NCBI GenBank assembly: GCA_030699245.1 | Contig: JAUYJX010000010.1 | Location: 1 to 35,092, forward strand | DNA: 35,092 bases | Direction: 5' to 3' | Source of the DNA: a bacterium | Lineage (GTDB): Bacteria > Patescibacteriota > Saccharimonadia > CAILAD01 > JAUYJX01 | In this document: positions 17,529 to 26,323 of the stretch, one piece after another | Layout: each line of letters begins with the position of its first letter | Position numbering within the stretch: the first letter of the stretch is position 1 | Translations under genes and position numbers: made by a program | The notes under the pieces: generated by a model | Seen by the model: the letters and a program-made list of their open reading frames with translations, nothing else | What the model was told of the DNA's origin: nothing | The model's database searches: none

Positions 17529-19232
17529 TTACTGATGTCTTTTTTGGCGTCGAGCGATCAGCCAGATGATTAGCACTAATGCTGCTAGGCCAATAAGTGA
17601 CCACCACAGCCAGTTGAGTGAATTAAATAGATTAGAAGTCTGCGCACTTTTAACTTCACCGTTTTTGTCTTTGTCGCTAGATTTATTAGAATCACTATCA
17701 GCTTTACTGGTATTTTCTGCTAATACTTGAGCTGATTGACTGTCTGTACCTTCAGACTGCTGACCAAAGCCAAAGGCGCTATTACCTGAAGTGTTACCAG
17801 TACCGCCACTGTTTCCTCCTGGGTTGCCACCACTGTTAACACTGGTAATAAAGTTTAAGATTGCATTATTGGTTATTGAACTAGGAGTCAAAAAGTTACC
17901 GAAAGCAAATGCGTTATCAGCAGTTACGGCAACTCTTGCAAGTTCTGTACCAGGGACGGTAGTAATATCAATTATTGAAACTGAATCATCAACTGAATTA
18001 GATACATAAGCACGGGTGCCAGCAGAGTTTAGGGCTATACCGACTGGGCCATTACCGACAGTGATAGTATCAATGACTGTATTATAGGTTGGGCCTGGAA
18101 CAGTATCAATAACTGAAACGGTATTGCCGGCCCCTCCCCAAAAAGAGTTAGCATAGTTAGTTACATAAGCCCGAGTACCTGCTGAGTTGATAGCGATACC
18201 TACTGGACCGTTCCCTACACCAATGACAGTACCAATTACTGTATTATAATTTGGACTTGAAGAGTCAGTATCAATAACTGAAACGGTATTGCCAACACTT
18301 CCACCAATACCATCATAGAAGTTAGTCACATAAGCTCGAGTGCCAGCTGGGTTGATAGCGATGCCTGCCGGACCATTGTTGGTGTATCCATCAACAGCAC
18401 CAATTGTACCTACTACTGTATTATAGGTTGGGCTTAAAGGATCAGTATCAATGACTGAAATTGTCCCACTGCCGCCAGCATTAAAATTTGTAACATAGGC
18501 GCGGTTAGCAGCTGGATTTAAAGCGATACCGGCCGGACCATTACCAACAGTAATCGGACTGCCAACCGGTAATTCTGTAACAGTATTAACAACTATTACA
18601 GAATCATTAGCTAGATCACCTAAGGGACCGAAATTTGCTACATAGCCGATAGTCCCAGAAGGGTTCAAGGTTATTCCAGTTAAAGAAGTACCGCCTGTAG
18701 AAATAGTGCCAACTACCTGATCGGTAGCCGTATTAACTACAGAGACATTCCCATTATCAAAATTTGTAATATAAGCTCTATTTTGGGTAGGGTGAGTAGC
18801 TATACCAAATGGTTGTGATAAAAGTGGGGTTACTATATTTGTTTCTACTGAAACAGGAATACTGGTAGTATCAACTACTGAAGCATTATCGCTGCTGTTT
18901 CCTAGTATATAACCAAAAGGACCGCCGGTGACTTTAGCCTCAAATGTATGATTACCGTTAGCAAGAGATGGAGTAGTATATGTCCAGTTACCACTGCCAT
19001 TAGCTAATACTGCTACAGGAGCGCCACCATCAATTGACAGATTAACTGTATAATTCGGAGAAGTAGTGCCATTTATAGTAGTAGAACCAGTAGTAATAGT
19101 GCTGCCGCTAGCTGGAGTGGTAATAGTTATTGGTACACCAGCATTAGCTAAAACAGGTGCAGCTAAATAAGCAAATAAACTTAAGCTCAAAATTACATTA
19201 AAAACTTTTTTGAAAAAATTGTTGCTAGACAT
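17529..19232 (-). CDS. Secreted, membrane-anchored YVTN/YncE beta-propeller protein with N-terminal Ig-like domain
   Basis: Signal peptide, Thr-rich Ig-like segment, repeated GP.GIA.N..GTRAYVTN...VSVIDT blades, Gly/Ser linker, C-terminal TM plus basic tail. Confidence 0.9.
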   Translation of the reverse strand: MSSNNFFKKVFNVILSLSLFAYLAAPVLANAGVPITITTPASGSTITTGSTTINGTTSPNYTVNLSIDGGAPVAVLANGSGNWTYTTPSLANGNHTFEAKVTGGPFGYILGNSSDNASVVDTTSIPVSVETNIVTPLLSQPFGIATHPTQNRAYITNFDNGNVSVVNTATDQVVGTISTGGTSLTGITLNPSGTIGYVANFGPLGDLANDSVIVVNTVTELPVGSPITVGNGPAGIALNPAANRAYVTNFNAGGSGTISVIDTDPLSPTYNTVVGTIGAVDGYTNNGPAGIAINPAGTRAYVTNFYDGIGGSVGNTVSVIDTDSSSPNYNTVIGTVIGVGNGPVGIAINSAGTRAYVTNYANSFWGGAGNTVSVIDTVPGPTYNTVIDTITVGNGPVGIALNSAGTRAYVSNSVDDSVSIIDITTVPGTELARVAVTADNAFAFGNFLTPSSITNNAILNFITSVNSGGNPGGNSGGTGNTSGNSAFGFGQQSEGTDSQSAQVLAENTSKADSDSNKSSDKDKNGEVKSAQTSNLFNSLNWLWWSLIGLAALVLIIWLIARRQKRHQ

Positions 19233-19355
19233 TTTACCTCTTTATATTATCACTTTAAAAAAAATTACCCTGTAATAATTATTACAACTGATGTGTAAAT
19301 ATTATTCCCCCTTTTGTTTTTAAGCAATAGTTTTTTAAATTAATAGAATCTCTCT

Positions 19356-19384
19356 ATTATGCACAATATCCCTAAGTTTGTCAA
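19356..19384 (-). promoter_or_regulatory. sigma70-type promoter for YVTN gene
   Basis: TTGACA (19379-19384), 17 bp, CATAAT (19356-19361). Confidence 0.65.
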
Positions 19385-19437
19385 TACTTTTTTCAAGTTT
19401 ATTAATTATTAATTTTTTTGCATGAACCTGCATTTTC

Positions 19438-19956
19438 CTACTTTAATTTTATTAAAGTAGCATTGGGCCATTTTGGCAAATCGTAAAATATTTTGGGGTT
19501 TTGATGTTTATTTATCACCCCGATCATTCGCCCTACCCCTGCATGGCTAACCATTAAAATATTTTTCTTTGAGTTTTTGTATTGATTAAGAAAACTTTTT
19601 ATGCGATCTTTAAATTTATAAGGATCTTCAGCTCCCTTTGTAGAAATCAGCTTCGCAGAGGTAGTGCCTTTTTCTGGTTTATCAGCCATTTCACCTACTT
19701 CATACTCTGCGATACGTTTGTCATACTCGATTTTTTTTTGATCAAAGCCGATTTTATCGACAATTATGATGGCGGTTTCTTTAGTGCGGGTCAAAGGAGA
19801 TACAATGATATGATCAAATTTAATGTTTTCTTTTAGGATTTCGCCAGCAGCTTCTTCTACCTGCATTCTACCTTTTTTTGTTAGATGGACGTTATCACGA
19901 GCAAGAACACCTTTTTCATTAGCTTCGCTTTCACCGTGTCGGATAAAATAAATCAT
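19438..19956 (-). CDS. Histidine phosphatase (phosphoglycerate mutase-like) family protein
   Basis: RHGE, SPL.R..ETA, VSHAG motifs. Confidence 0.92.
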   Translation of the reverse strand: MIYFIRHGESEANEKGVLARDNVHLTKKGRMQVEEAAGEILKENIKFDHIIVSPLTRTKETAIIIVDKIGFDQKKIEYDKRIAEYEVGEMADKPEKGTTSAKLISTKGAEDPYKFKDRIKSFLNQYKNSKKNILMVSHAGVGRMIGVINKHQNPKIFYDLPKWPNATLIKLK

Positions 19957-20059
19957 TGACTCCTATTATAGCAAAACTATTTTGCATAGCGTCTACCCTA
20001 TCTAGATCTAGAAAATATATTGAGCATGACTTATAATTGTTATGTAAAGAATAAGTTAA

Positions 20060-20695
20060 ATGAAAGAAGAAAAAACTTCTCCTAAAACATCAATCAAAAA
20101 GCCAGAAAAAAATCATTCTGTAATATGGTTTGGTGTTATTATCGTTATTTTGTTAATTGCCGGTAGTAGCTTATTTCTCTGGCAGATGAAAAACTATAAT
20201 AATCAAAGAAATAAGCTGGAAAATGAAAAGAAAGAATTACAAAAGAAGGTTGATGATCTAGCGAAGCAGCTGAAAGATAAAAGTAAAGAACTAGAAGACG
20301 CTAAAAAATCCAGCACTCCATCAAAGGTAACGATTCCCCAAAACTTGAAAGATAATATCGAAGCAGCACTTAATACCAAAAACACCGCTGCGCTAGAGGG
20401 TTATATGGCAAGTTCTGTAAATGTTGTAGTGGCAGCATCCGAAAAAGCTGGACCGCGAACTCCTGCCCAAGCTGTTAGTGATCTGGATTATTTAAACTCG
20501 GCAACCTCACCATGGAACTTTAATTTACCGCAAACAACACTCACGGCATATAAAAACAGTTTTTACGGACAATACTTTGGTGATAATACAGTTGTCGGGC
20601 AGTCAACCAATAAATACGTAGCTTCATTTGGTATAGATGCCAACGTAAAAATCAATGTGATATTTATGGCAGTCAATGCTGATCTACTGCAATAA
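20060..20695 (+). CDS. Hypothetical single-TM protein with coiled coil and soluble C-terminal domain
   Basis: TM near N-terminus, K/E-rich heptads, globular tail. Confidence 0.8.
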   Translation: MKEEKTSPKTSIKKPEKNHSVIWFGVIIVILLIAGSSLFLWQMKNYNNQRNKLENEKKELQKKVDDLAKQLKDKSKELEDAKKSSTPSKVTIPQNLKDNIEAALNTKNTAALEGYMASSVNVVVAASEKAGPRTPAQAVSDLDYLNSATSPWNFNLPQTTLTAYKNSFYGQYFGDNTVVGQSTNKYVASFGIDANVKINVIFMAVNADLLQ

Positions 20696-20810
20696 GATTT
20701 CTTGTTATTAATATTACGCAACAAATTCAACTCAAAAATTCTTTAGCTCTTAACTGATAATTTAGTATAGTTTAACAAGTTTTTTGTGACTGAGAGTTTT
20801 ACTGCTCTTT

Positions 20811-21380
20811 CTATTCCTTCTGATGACTACCTTTTAAGGCAGATTCAATGACATCACGCGGTAAGGAAGCGGCTGAAAGTAAGGCATCTCGTACCTTCTG
20901 GGCGGCATCGCCGCCTACACTACCAGCTGCGTCAACTGCACCGCCGACTGCTGCCTTGGCAGCTTCAGCTGTATCGACACCAATATTACCAGCAGCTTTA
21001 ATTGCTCCTTCTACTGCAGAAACTGCCACTGAACCGATATCACCACCTGTCTCAGCAGTTGTTTTAATCAAACCGTGAGCTGTTTCGCGTATAGCCGTTA
21101 TAACATCACCGCCAACTTCGTTTACACCCTCAACAACTCCATGAACAGTAGTACGTGCTACATCTGTTAATGCAGCGCCTGCTTGACCTGCTCCTCTAAT
21201 AGCGCCGCTAGCTACCCCGGCTACCAATTCAATTCCACTTGCAGAAATTTCGCCGGTTCCTTTAAAAATATTAATTACCTGATGTTTTACCGTGTTAGTA
21301 ACTGCTCCTAGAATATCATCCGTTCCTTCAATAGCCGCTACTACAGCATCGGTTGCTTCTTTAATAATTTTGTCGATCAT
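20811..21380 (-). CDS. Ala/Gly/Val-rich 22-aa helical repeat protein
   Basis: About 7 tandem 22-residue units; ATG 21380 after GGAAGG (alternative GTG 21386). Confidence 0.8.
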   Translation of the reverse strand: MIDKIIKEATDAVVAAIEGTDDILGAVTNTVKHQVINIFKGTGEISASGIELVAGVASGAIRGAGQAGAALTDVARTTVHGVVEGVNEVGGDVITAIRETAHGLIKTTAETGGDIGSVAVSAVEGAIKAAGNIGVDTAEAAKAAVGGAVDAAGSVGGDAAQKVRDALLSAASLPRDVIESALKGSHQKE

Positions 21381-21529
21381 GTTCACCTTCCTTTTTTATT
21401 TATTAATGACTTGTTAATAATTGTATCAAATAATCGTTTGATAAGGAAAGCCTTTCGGGTCTTTAAGCATCCCCCTACGTTCGCTGGACAGCGAACTATG
21501 GAGGACAAGATAAGTTCTTTGGCTTGCCA

Positions 21530-21600
21530 TTTCTTCCTGGCTGAAAGCAATGAGCGAATGAAGTGAGCCTGCCTGCCGGTAGGCAGGTCGAATGGCAGGG
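21530..21600. repeat. Copy A of a direct repeat of nested palindromes ending in tRNA-Trp 3'-end sequence
   Basis: 21530-21587 matches 24284-24341 at 54/58 positions; ends ATGGCAGGG. Confidence 0.9.
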
Positions 21601-21697
21601 ATGTATAAAAGGAAGTTATAACTGCGATAGCTACTTAGAATCAATATCCATGCAAACTAGATAATTTTTAGCATAAGACTCTTGTATAATATGTAAT

Positions 21698-24178
21698 ATG
21701 GACTTTTATAGATATAAGACTGAAGAGGTTCTCAAACAACTCAAAACTACACCTCGAGGGCTTGATAACCACGAAGTACAAGAGCGTCTTTTGAGATACG
21801 GCAAAAACAAGATTGTAGTCAGGCACCCGGGAGAATTATTATCAAAATTACTTGAGCCCTTTAAGAGCCTTTTCATAATAATTCTTTTGATAGCTACTGG
21901 CATCAGCATATTAACCAGAGAGTTTCTAGATGCAGCAGTGATAGCAGTAATTATAATGGTAAATGCTGTCATTTATTATACCCAGAGGTTTTCTGCCGAT
22001 CGGATTCTAGCAACTCTTGAAAGAACCGATGTTTCTTTTGTTTCAGTTTTACGCGAAGGTAAGCTCCATAAAGTGTCCTCAGAAGATATTACTATTGGCG
22101 ATATCATTCAGCTTTATGAAGGTATGAAAATACCAGCTGATGGAAGGATAATTTATCACCGCAATTTATCAGTTGACGAATCAGCTTTAACTGGCGAATC
22201 CAGGCCTGTTGCGAAACAAGCTCGCAGCCTAAAAAGCAAGCATCCTATTTACGAACAAACCAATATGGTTTTTCGTGGCACTATAGTGCAATCCGGAAGC
22301 GGCACTATGGCTGTTGCTTTAACCGGTAATCAAACTGAGTTTGGTAGATTAGCTAGATTGAGCCGCAAAGCTGAGCTCACTAGCCCTCTGCAAAACAAGA
22401 TAAATAAGCTTACTAGCCGTTTGGTTATTTTTGTAAGCTTTGTGATGGCACTAGCCCTAATACTTAGCCTGTGGCGACAAGCTAGCCTAGCTGAAGCATT
22501 GCGTTTCGTGCTTTCTTTGATGGTTTCTGCCATTCCCGAAGGGCTTCCCGTAGCGGTTACTGTGGTTATGATATTTGGCATACATGCTATGGCCAAACGT
22601 AAAGCTTTAGTCAGAAATCTGACAGCAATCGAAACGCTAGGTCAAACCACTTTGATTGCTACTGACAAAACGGGCACCATTACCCAAAACAAACTCCACA
22701 TTGCTCAAACTTGGACACCCACTAAAATTGATATTTTACAATCAGCAGCCCGATCGCAAGCTGCTCAAGAAGGAGCTAGCACTAATGAAATTGAGGTTCT
22801 ATTAGCTCGAGACTTGGGTCATAATAAATTAAATGGTCGGTTGCTAAACCAATTAGACTTTGTGCAAAAGCTGCGAGTTAGCGGTTCGGTCTGGCAAATT
22901 GGCGCTAATACCTGGACATATATCAAAGGAGCCCCCGAAGAAATTATTTCGTTCAGTGTCCCCGATGATACCGTGCGATCTCAAACTCAACATATCTTAC
23001 ATCAGCTTAGCCACGAAGGATTGCGGGTACTAGCTATAGCCAGAAAAAAGAAGGGACTAAAAAAACTTAGAGCCAAAGAACTCTCTGGGTTTGAACTGTG
23101 CGGGTTAATAGCCTTTGGCGATAGACTAAGATCGAACGTAAAAACTGCCGTTGAAACGGCTCATAATGCCGGTATTCAGGTAATATTACTTACTGGCGAC
23201 CATGTAGCTACGGCTGGTTATTTTGGTAAAGAGTCAGGTATATCGCCTAATTTACTGGCTTTGGAAGGTAGCCATATTGCTAGTCTTGATCATGCTCAAA
23301 TTAGGCATATTATCAATCACACCAAAGTCTTTGGGCGAGTGTTGCCAGAACACAAGTACCGATTCCTAGAAGCTTTAGAGCGAAGCCATGTTACTGCCAT
23401 GACTGGAGATGGGGTAAATGATGTACCGGCCTTAGTGAAAGCTGATGTAGGAGTAGCTGTTGGTGCTGGTACCGATGCTGCCAAACAAGCCGCCGATATT
23501 ATCCTTCTTGACAATAACTTTGCCGCTATTGTTGAGGCTATTCGTTACGGACGAGGCATTGTTACAAACATACGAAAAATGGTTAGTTATTTGTTTGCTA
23601 CTAGTCTAGCCGAGATATTAACCGTGTTAAGTGCTCTGGTCGTTGGATTGCCACTGCCAGTTACTGCTTTACAAATATTATGGATAAATTTAGTTACCGA
23701 CGGTGTTACTGTTATTCCTCTTGGCTTAGAGCCGATGGAGAAAGATTTAATGCAAACTAAACCCCAATCAAAAACTGCTCCGCTTTTGAGCAGGCAGCAC
23801 ATCATCCGTATTATACTAGTCGCAACCATCATGGCTGCTCTAACCATGACGATATACCTTGTTAACTTGACAGCTGATCAAACCTACGCCAAAACAATGG
23901 CTTTTGCAACCTTAGTAGTAGTGCAGTGGGCTAATGCAATTAATTCGCGCAGTGAAAAACGCTCATTTTTAGAAGGTTTAAAGCGACCAAACTGGACTTT
24001 AGTAGCTGGTTTAACAATAGCAATTATCTTACAAATCTTGGTGCTATTTGGCCCCCTTAGAACTATATTCAATGTAGAGCTTTTGCGACCAGATAGTTTA
24101 TTAGTGCTCGGTGGAGCATTTTTGGTAGTGCTTATCGCTGGAGATATCATTAAAAAACTTATACCGATCAAGGCTTAA
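21698..24178 (+). CDS. Cation-transporting P-type ATPase, type II (Ca2+-ATPase-like)
   Basis: LTGES, IPEGLP, DKTGT, KGAPE, TGD, TGDGVND, QILWINLVTDG. Confidence 0.95.
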   Translation: MDFYRYKTEEVLKQLKTTPRGLDNHEVQERLLRYGKNKIVVRHPGELLSKLLEPFKSLFIIILLIATGISILTREFLDAAVIAVIIMVNAVIYYTQRFSADRILATLERTDVSFVSVLREGKLHKVSSEDITIGDIIQLYEGMKIPADGRIIYHRNLSVDESALTGESRPVAKQARSLKSKHPIYEQTNMVFRGTIVQSGSGTMAVALTGNQTEFGRLARLSRKAELTSPLQNKINKLTSRLVIFVSFVMALALILSLWRQASLAEALRFVLSLMVSAIPEGLPVAVTVVMIFGIHAMAKRKALVRNLTAIETLGQTTLIATDKTGTITQNKLHIAQTWTPTKIDILQSAARSQAAQEGASTNEIEVLLARDLGHNKLNGRLLNQLDFVQKLRVSGSVWQIGANTWTYIKGAPEEIISFSVPDDTVRSQTQHILHQLSHEGLRVLAIARKKKGLKKLRAKELSGFELCGLIAFGDRLRSNVKTAVETAHNAGIQVILLTGDHVATAGYFGKESGISPNLLALEGSHIASLDHAQIRHIINHTKVFGRVLPEHKYRFLEALERSHVTAMTGDGVNDVPALVKADVGVAVGAGTDAAKQAADIILLDNNFAAIVEAIRYGRGIVTNIRKMVSYLFATSLAEILTVLSALVVGLPLPVTALQILWINLVTDGVTVIPLGLEPMEKDLMQTKPQSKTAPLLSRQHIIRIILVATIMAALTMTIYLVNLTADQTYAKTMAFATLVVVQWANAINSRSEKRSFLEGLKRPNWTLVAGLTIAIILQILVLFGPLRTIFNVELLRPDSLLVLGGAFLVVLIAGDIIKKLIPIKA

Positions 24179-24241
24179 TTTATGTAAAAAACGGTTGTGA
24201 ATATTACGTAAAATATATGCATAAAACAACATTATTTTAAG

Positions 24242-24353
24242 TCCTTCGATTCTCTTCGTTCACTTAAGGACATTCTCTCATTCTTTCTTCTTGGCTGGAA
24301 GCCATGAGCGAACGAAGTGAGCCTGCCTGCCGGTAGGCAGGCTTGACGTAGGA
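24242..24353. repeat. Copy B of the direct repeat plus an inverted degenerate palindrome unit, abutting tRNA-Trp 3' end
   Basis: 24284-24341 matches copy A; 24243-24269 is an inverted relative of CCATGAGCGAACGAAGTGAG..TCGAATGG. Confidence 0.85.
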
Positions 24354-24429
24354 TGGCAGGGGTGGCAGGAATCGAACCCGCGACCTTCGGTTTTGGAGAC
24401 CGACGCTCTACCGACTGAGCTACACCCCT
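24354..24429 (-). tRNA. tRNA-Trp(CCA)
   Basis: Cloverleaf AGGGGTG...CACCCCTGCCA, anticodon loop CTCCAAA. Confidence 0.98.
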
Positions 24430-24487
24430 TCATCTAACTTTGTAGACAAATCTTGGTTTGTTGATTTGGTAAGAATCTGATCAGGAA

Positions 24488-24562
<75 letters not shown>

Positions 24563-24565
24563 CCA

Positions 24566-24652
24566 TGGTGCAGGGAGAGGGATTCGAACCCCCGAAGGCT
24601 TAAAGCCGCCTGATTTACAGTCAGGTGCGTTTGGCCGCTTCGCTATCCCTGC
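24566..24652 (-). tRNA. tRNA-Tyr(GTA)
   Basis: GCAGGGA...TCCCTGCACCA, loop CTGTAAA, long variable arm. Confidence 0.97.
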
Positions 24653-24655
24653 TCG

Positions 24656-24730
24656 TGGAGCCAACGGTGGGAATCGAACCCACAACCTACGGTTTACAAA
24701 ACCGTTGCTCTGCCATTAAGCTACGTTGGC
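24656..24730 (-). tRNA. tRNA-Thr(TGT)
   Basis: GCCAACG...CGTTGGCTCCA, loop TTTGTAA. Confidence 0.97.
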
Positions 24731-24749
24731 GTATCAATTTAACAGATAA

Positions 24750-24778
24750 AGTTTACCAACAAAACCGCTTTCTTTCAA
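24750..24778 (-). promoter_or_regulatory. Probable promoter of tRNA cluster
   Basis: TTGAAA (24773-24778), 17 bp, TAAACT (24750-24755). Confidence 0.6.
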
Positions 24779-24780
24779 GA

Positions 24781-25446
24781 TTACTTCTTGGTTAGTTCTT
24801 GGTGCGCACGAACGTTTTGGGGATCGATTTTTAAGATCTTTTTAAAAATTTTGTCAGCATTTTCTTTGTCCTTGTTATCGAGATATGCCTCAGCTAAAAG
24901 CTGCATAATTTGCGTATTTTGCTTATCCATGTCTAGAGCTTTCTGTAAAGTGGCAACCTGCAGGCTATACTTACTCAAAATTCGATAAACCCTAGCTAAA
25001 CTAACTAGACGCTGTGGTTCAGGTTTGAGTTCAGTAGATTTTTCCAAGACAGTTGCAGCTTTGGTAAAATCACGGTTTTTTAAATAAACCATACCCAAAT
25101 TCTGATAAGAGGCAGGGTTAGGCTTTGCATCGACTACGATTTTAAAACATTCAATAGCATCAGGGAAATTGCTCATATGTGCATAGATAAAACCAAGACG
25201 ATTATAGGACCAGGTATTTTTATGATCAATTTTTAACAATTTTAAATAAGCTTTTTCGGCAGCTAAAAATTCACGTTGCAGATAATATCTATTAGCTTTG
25301 TCCAATAGTTTTTCTAAATGAGTATCATTTGTATTAACCGAATCATCTAGGGCGCTCACAGCGGGAAAACCGCGCAAAAATTTTGGCTTAGTTATGGTTA
25401 AGTAAGTAATTACTGCAAAGATTATAACTAAAACTATAGCAATCAT
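24781..25446 (-). CDS. Membrane-anchored TPR protein
   Basis: N-terminal TM; repeated TPR patterns (YNRLG..Y, YQNLG..Y). Confidence 0.9.
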   Translation of the reverse strand: MIAIVLVIIFAVITYLTITKPKFLRGFPAVSALDDSVNTNDTHLEKLLDKANRYYLQREFLAAEKAYLKLLKIDHKNTWSYNRLGFIYAHMSNFPDAIECFKIVVDAKPNPASYQNLGMVYLKNRDFTKAATVLEKSTELKPEPQRLVSLARVYRILSKYSLQVATLQKALDMDKQNTQIMQLLAEAYLDNKDKENADKIFKKILKIDPQNVRAHQELTKK

Positions 25447-25447
25447 C

Positions 25448-26323
25448 TTAATGTAAATTTAAAGCTAAATTTTCCAAGACTAGTCTAGGGCTTAAATTAT
25501 TTGAAAGTTGTTTCTCAGATTCAATTAACATATCTAAATTTTTGCTATTTTTCGGATTGAGTAATATTTTATCACGATATAACCTAATTAACTCTAATAT
25601 AAAATTCAAACTTAAACCCTTATCGCTTATTTCCTTGGCTGATTTAAATCTAGCGGTAATTGTGTCGTTTATAAAATCATCAGCTTTGGCAATCAGATTA
25701 ATTTTTTCTTTAAATAAGTTTTTGTCCTCAAGCAGTTTTATTGACTCACCTGGTTTACCGCTAGACAAACGAATTACTAAATCCAAAGTTTTATCATCAA
25801 CTTTGGATTTGTCTTTTAGAAATTTTTTGAGCTCGTTTTTGGCTGGTGGAATAAAATTAATTAATTGTGTGCGTGAAACAATAGTCGGAAAAACAGCAGA
25901 TAGGTTATCAGCCAGTAAAATAAAAATGATTTTACTGCTTGGCTCTTCTAAACTTTTGAGCAAGCTATTGGCTGCTTCAGGTGTCATCTTGTCAGCACTT
26001 TTGATGATAATTACTCGATGGTACTTTTTGTTAAAGGGTGTTAGATTTACTTCTTCAATCAAGTCTTTTATCTGACCTATTTTGATTGTGCCGCGACGGC
26101 CGTCTAGAGCAGATATAATTGTCACATTTGGGTTGTTAAATGAAGTGATTTGTTTGAAAGTTTTAGCATCATCTTTGCCGGTAGTTAACTTTGCACCAAT
26201 ATGATAAGCAATGCTTTTTTTACCTAGCCCTTTCGGTCCATAAAAAATATAAGCATGGGACGGCGCATTAATGCAATGGCGAAGTTTTTTATATGTAGTG
26301 GGATGAATTAATAAATCTTTCAT
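25448..26323 (-). CDS. holB: DNA polymerase III delta' subunit
   Basis: HAYIFYGPKGLGK, AANSLLKSLEEP, TIVSR. Confidence 0.9.
   Translation of the reverse strand: MKDLLIHPTTYKKLRHCINAPSHAYIFYGPKGLGKKSIAYHIGAKLTTGKDDAKTFKQITSFNNPNVTIISALDGRRGTIKIGQIKDLIEEVNLTPFNKKYHRVIIIKSADKMTPEAANSLLKSLEEPSSKIIFILLADNLSAVFPTIVSRTQLINFIPPAKNELKKFLKDKSKVDDKTLDLVIRLSSGKPGESIKLLEDKNLFKEKINLIAKADDFINDTITARFKSAKEISDKGLSLNFILELIRLYRDKILLNPKNSKNLDMLIESEKQLSNNLSPRLVLENLALNLH

Noticed and set aside
21426..21644. 72-aa ORF
   Set aside because: Runs through palindromic repeats (RPAYRQAG is the translated palindrome); no RBS or domain
21598..21650. Possible recombinase C-terminal remnant beside the att-like site
   Set aside because: No sustained frame or recognisable motif
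21470..24353. CRISPR array
   Set aside because: Only two copies 2.7 kb apart, no spacer periodicity, no cas genes
24430..24487. Expected rpmG or tRNA-Gly near the tRNA cluster
   Set aside because: Spacer is only 58 nt with no ORF or cloverleaf
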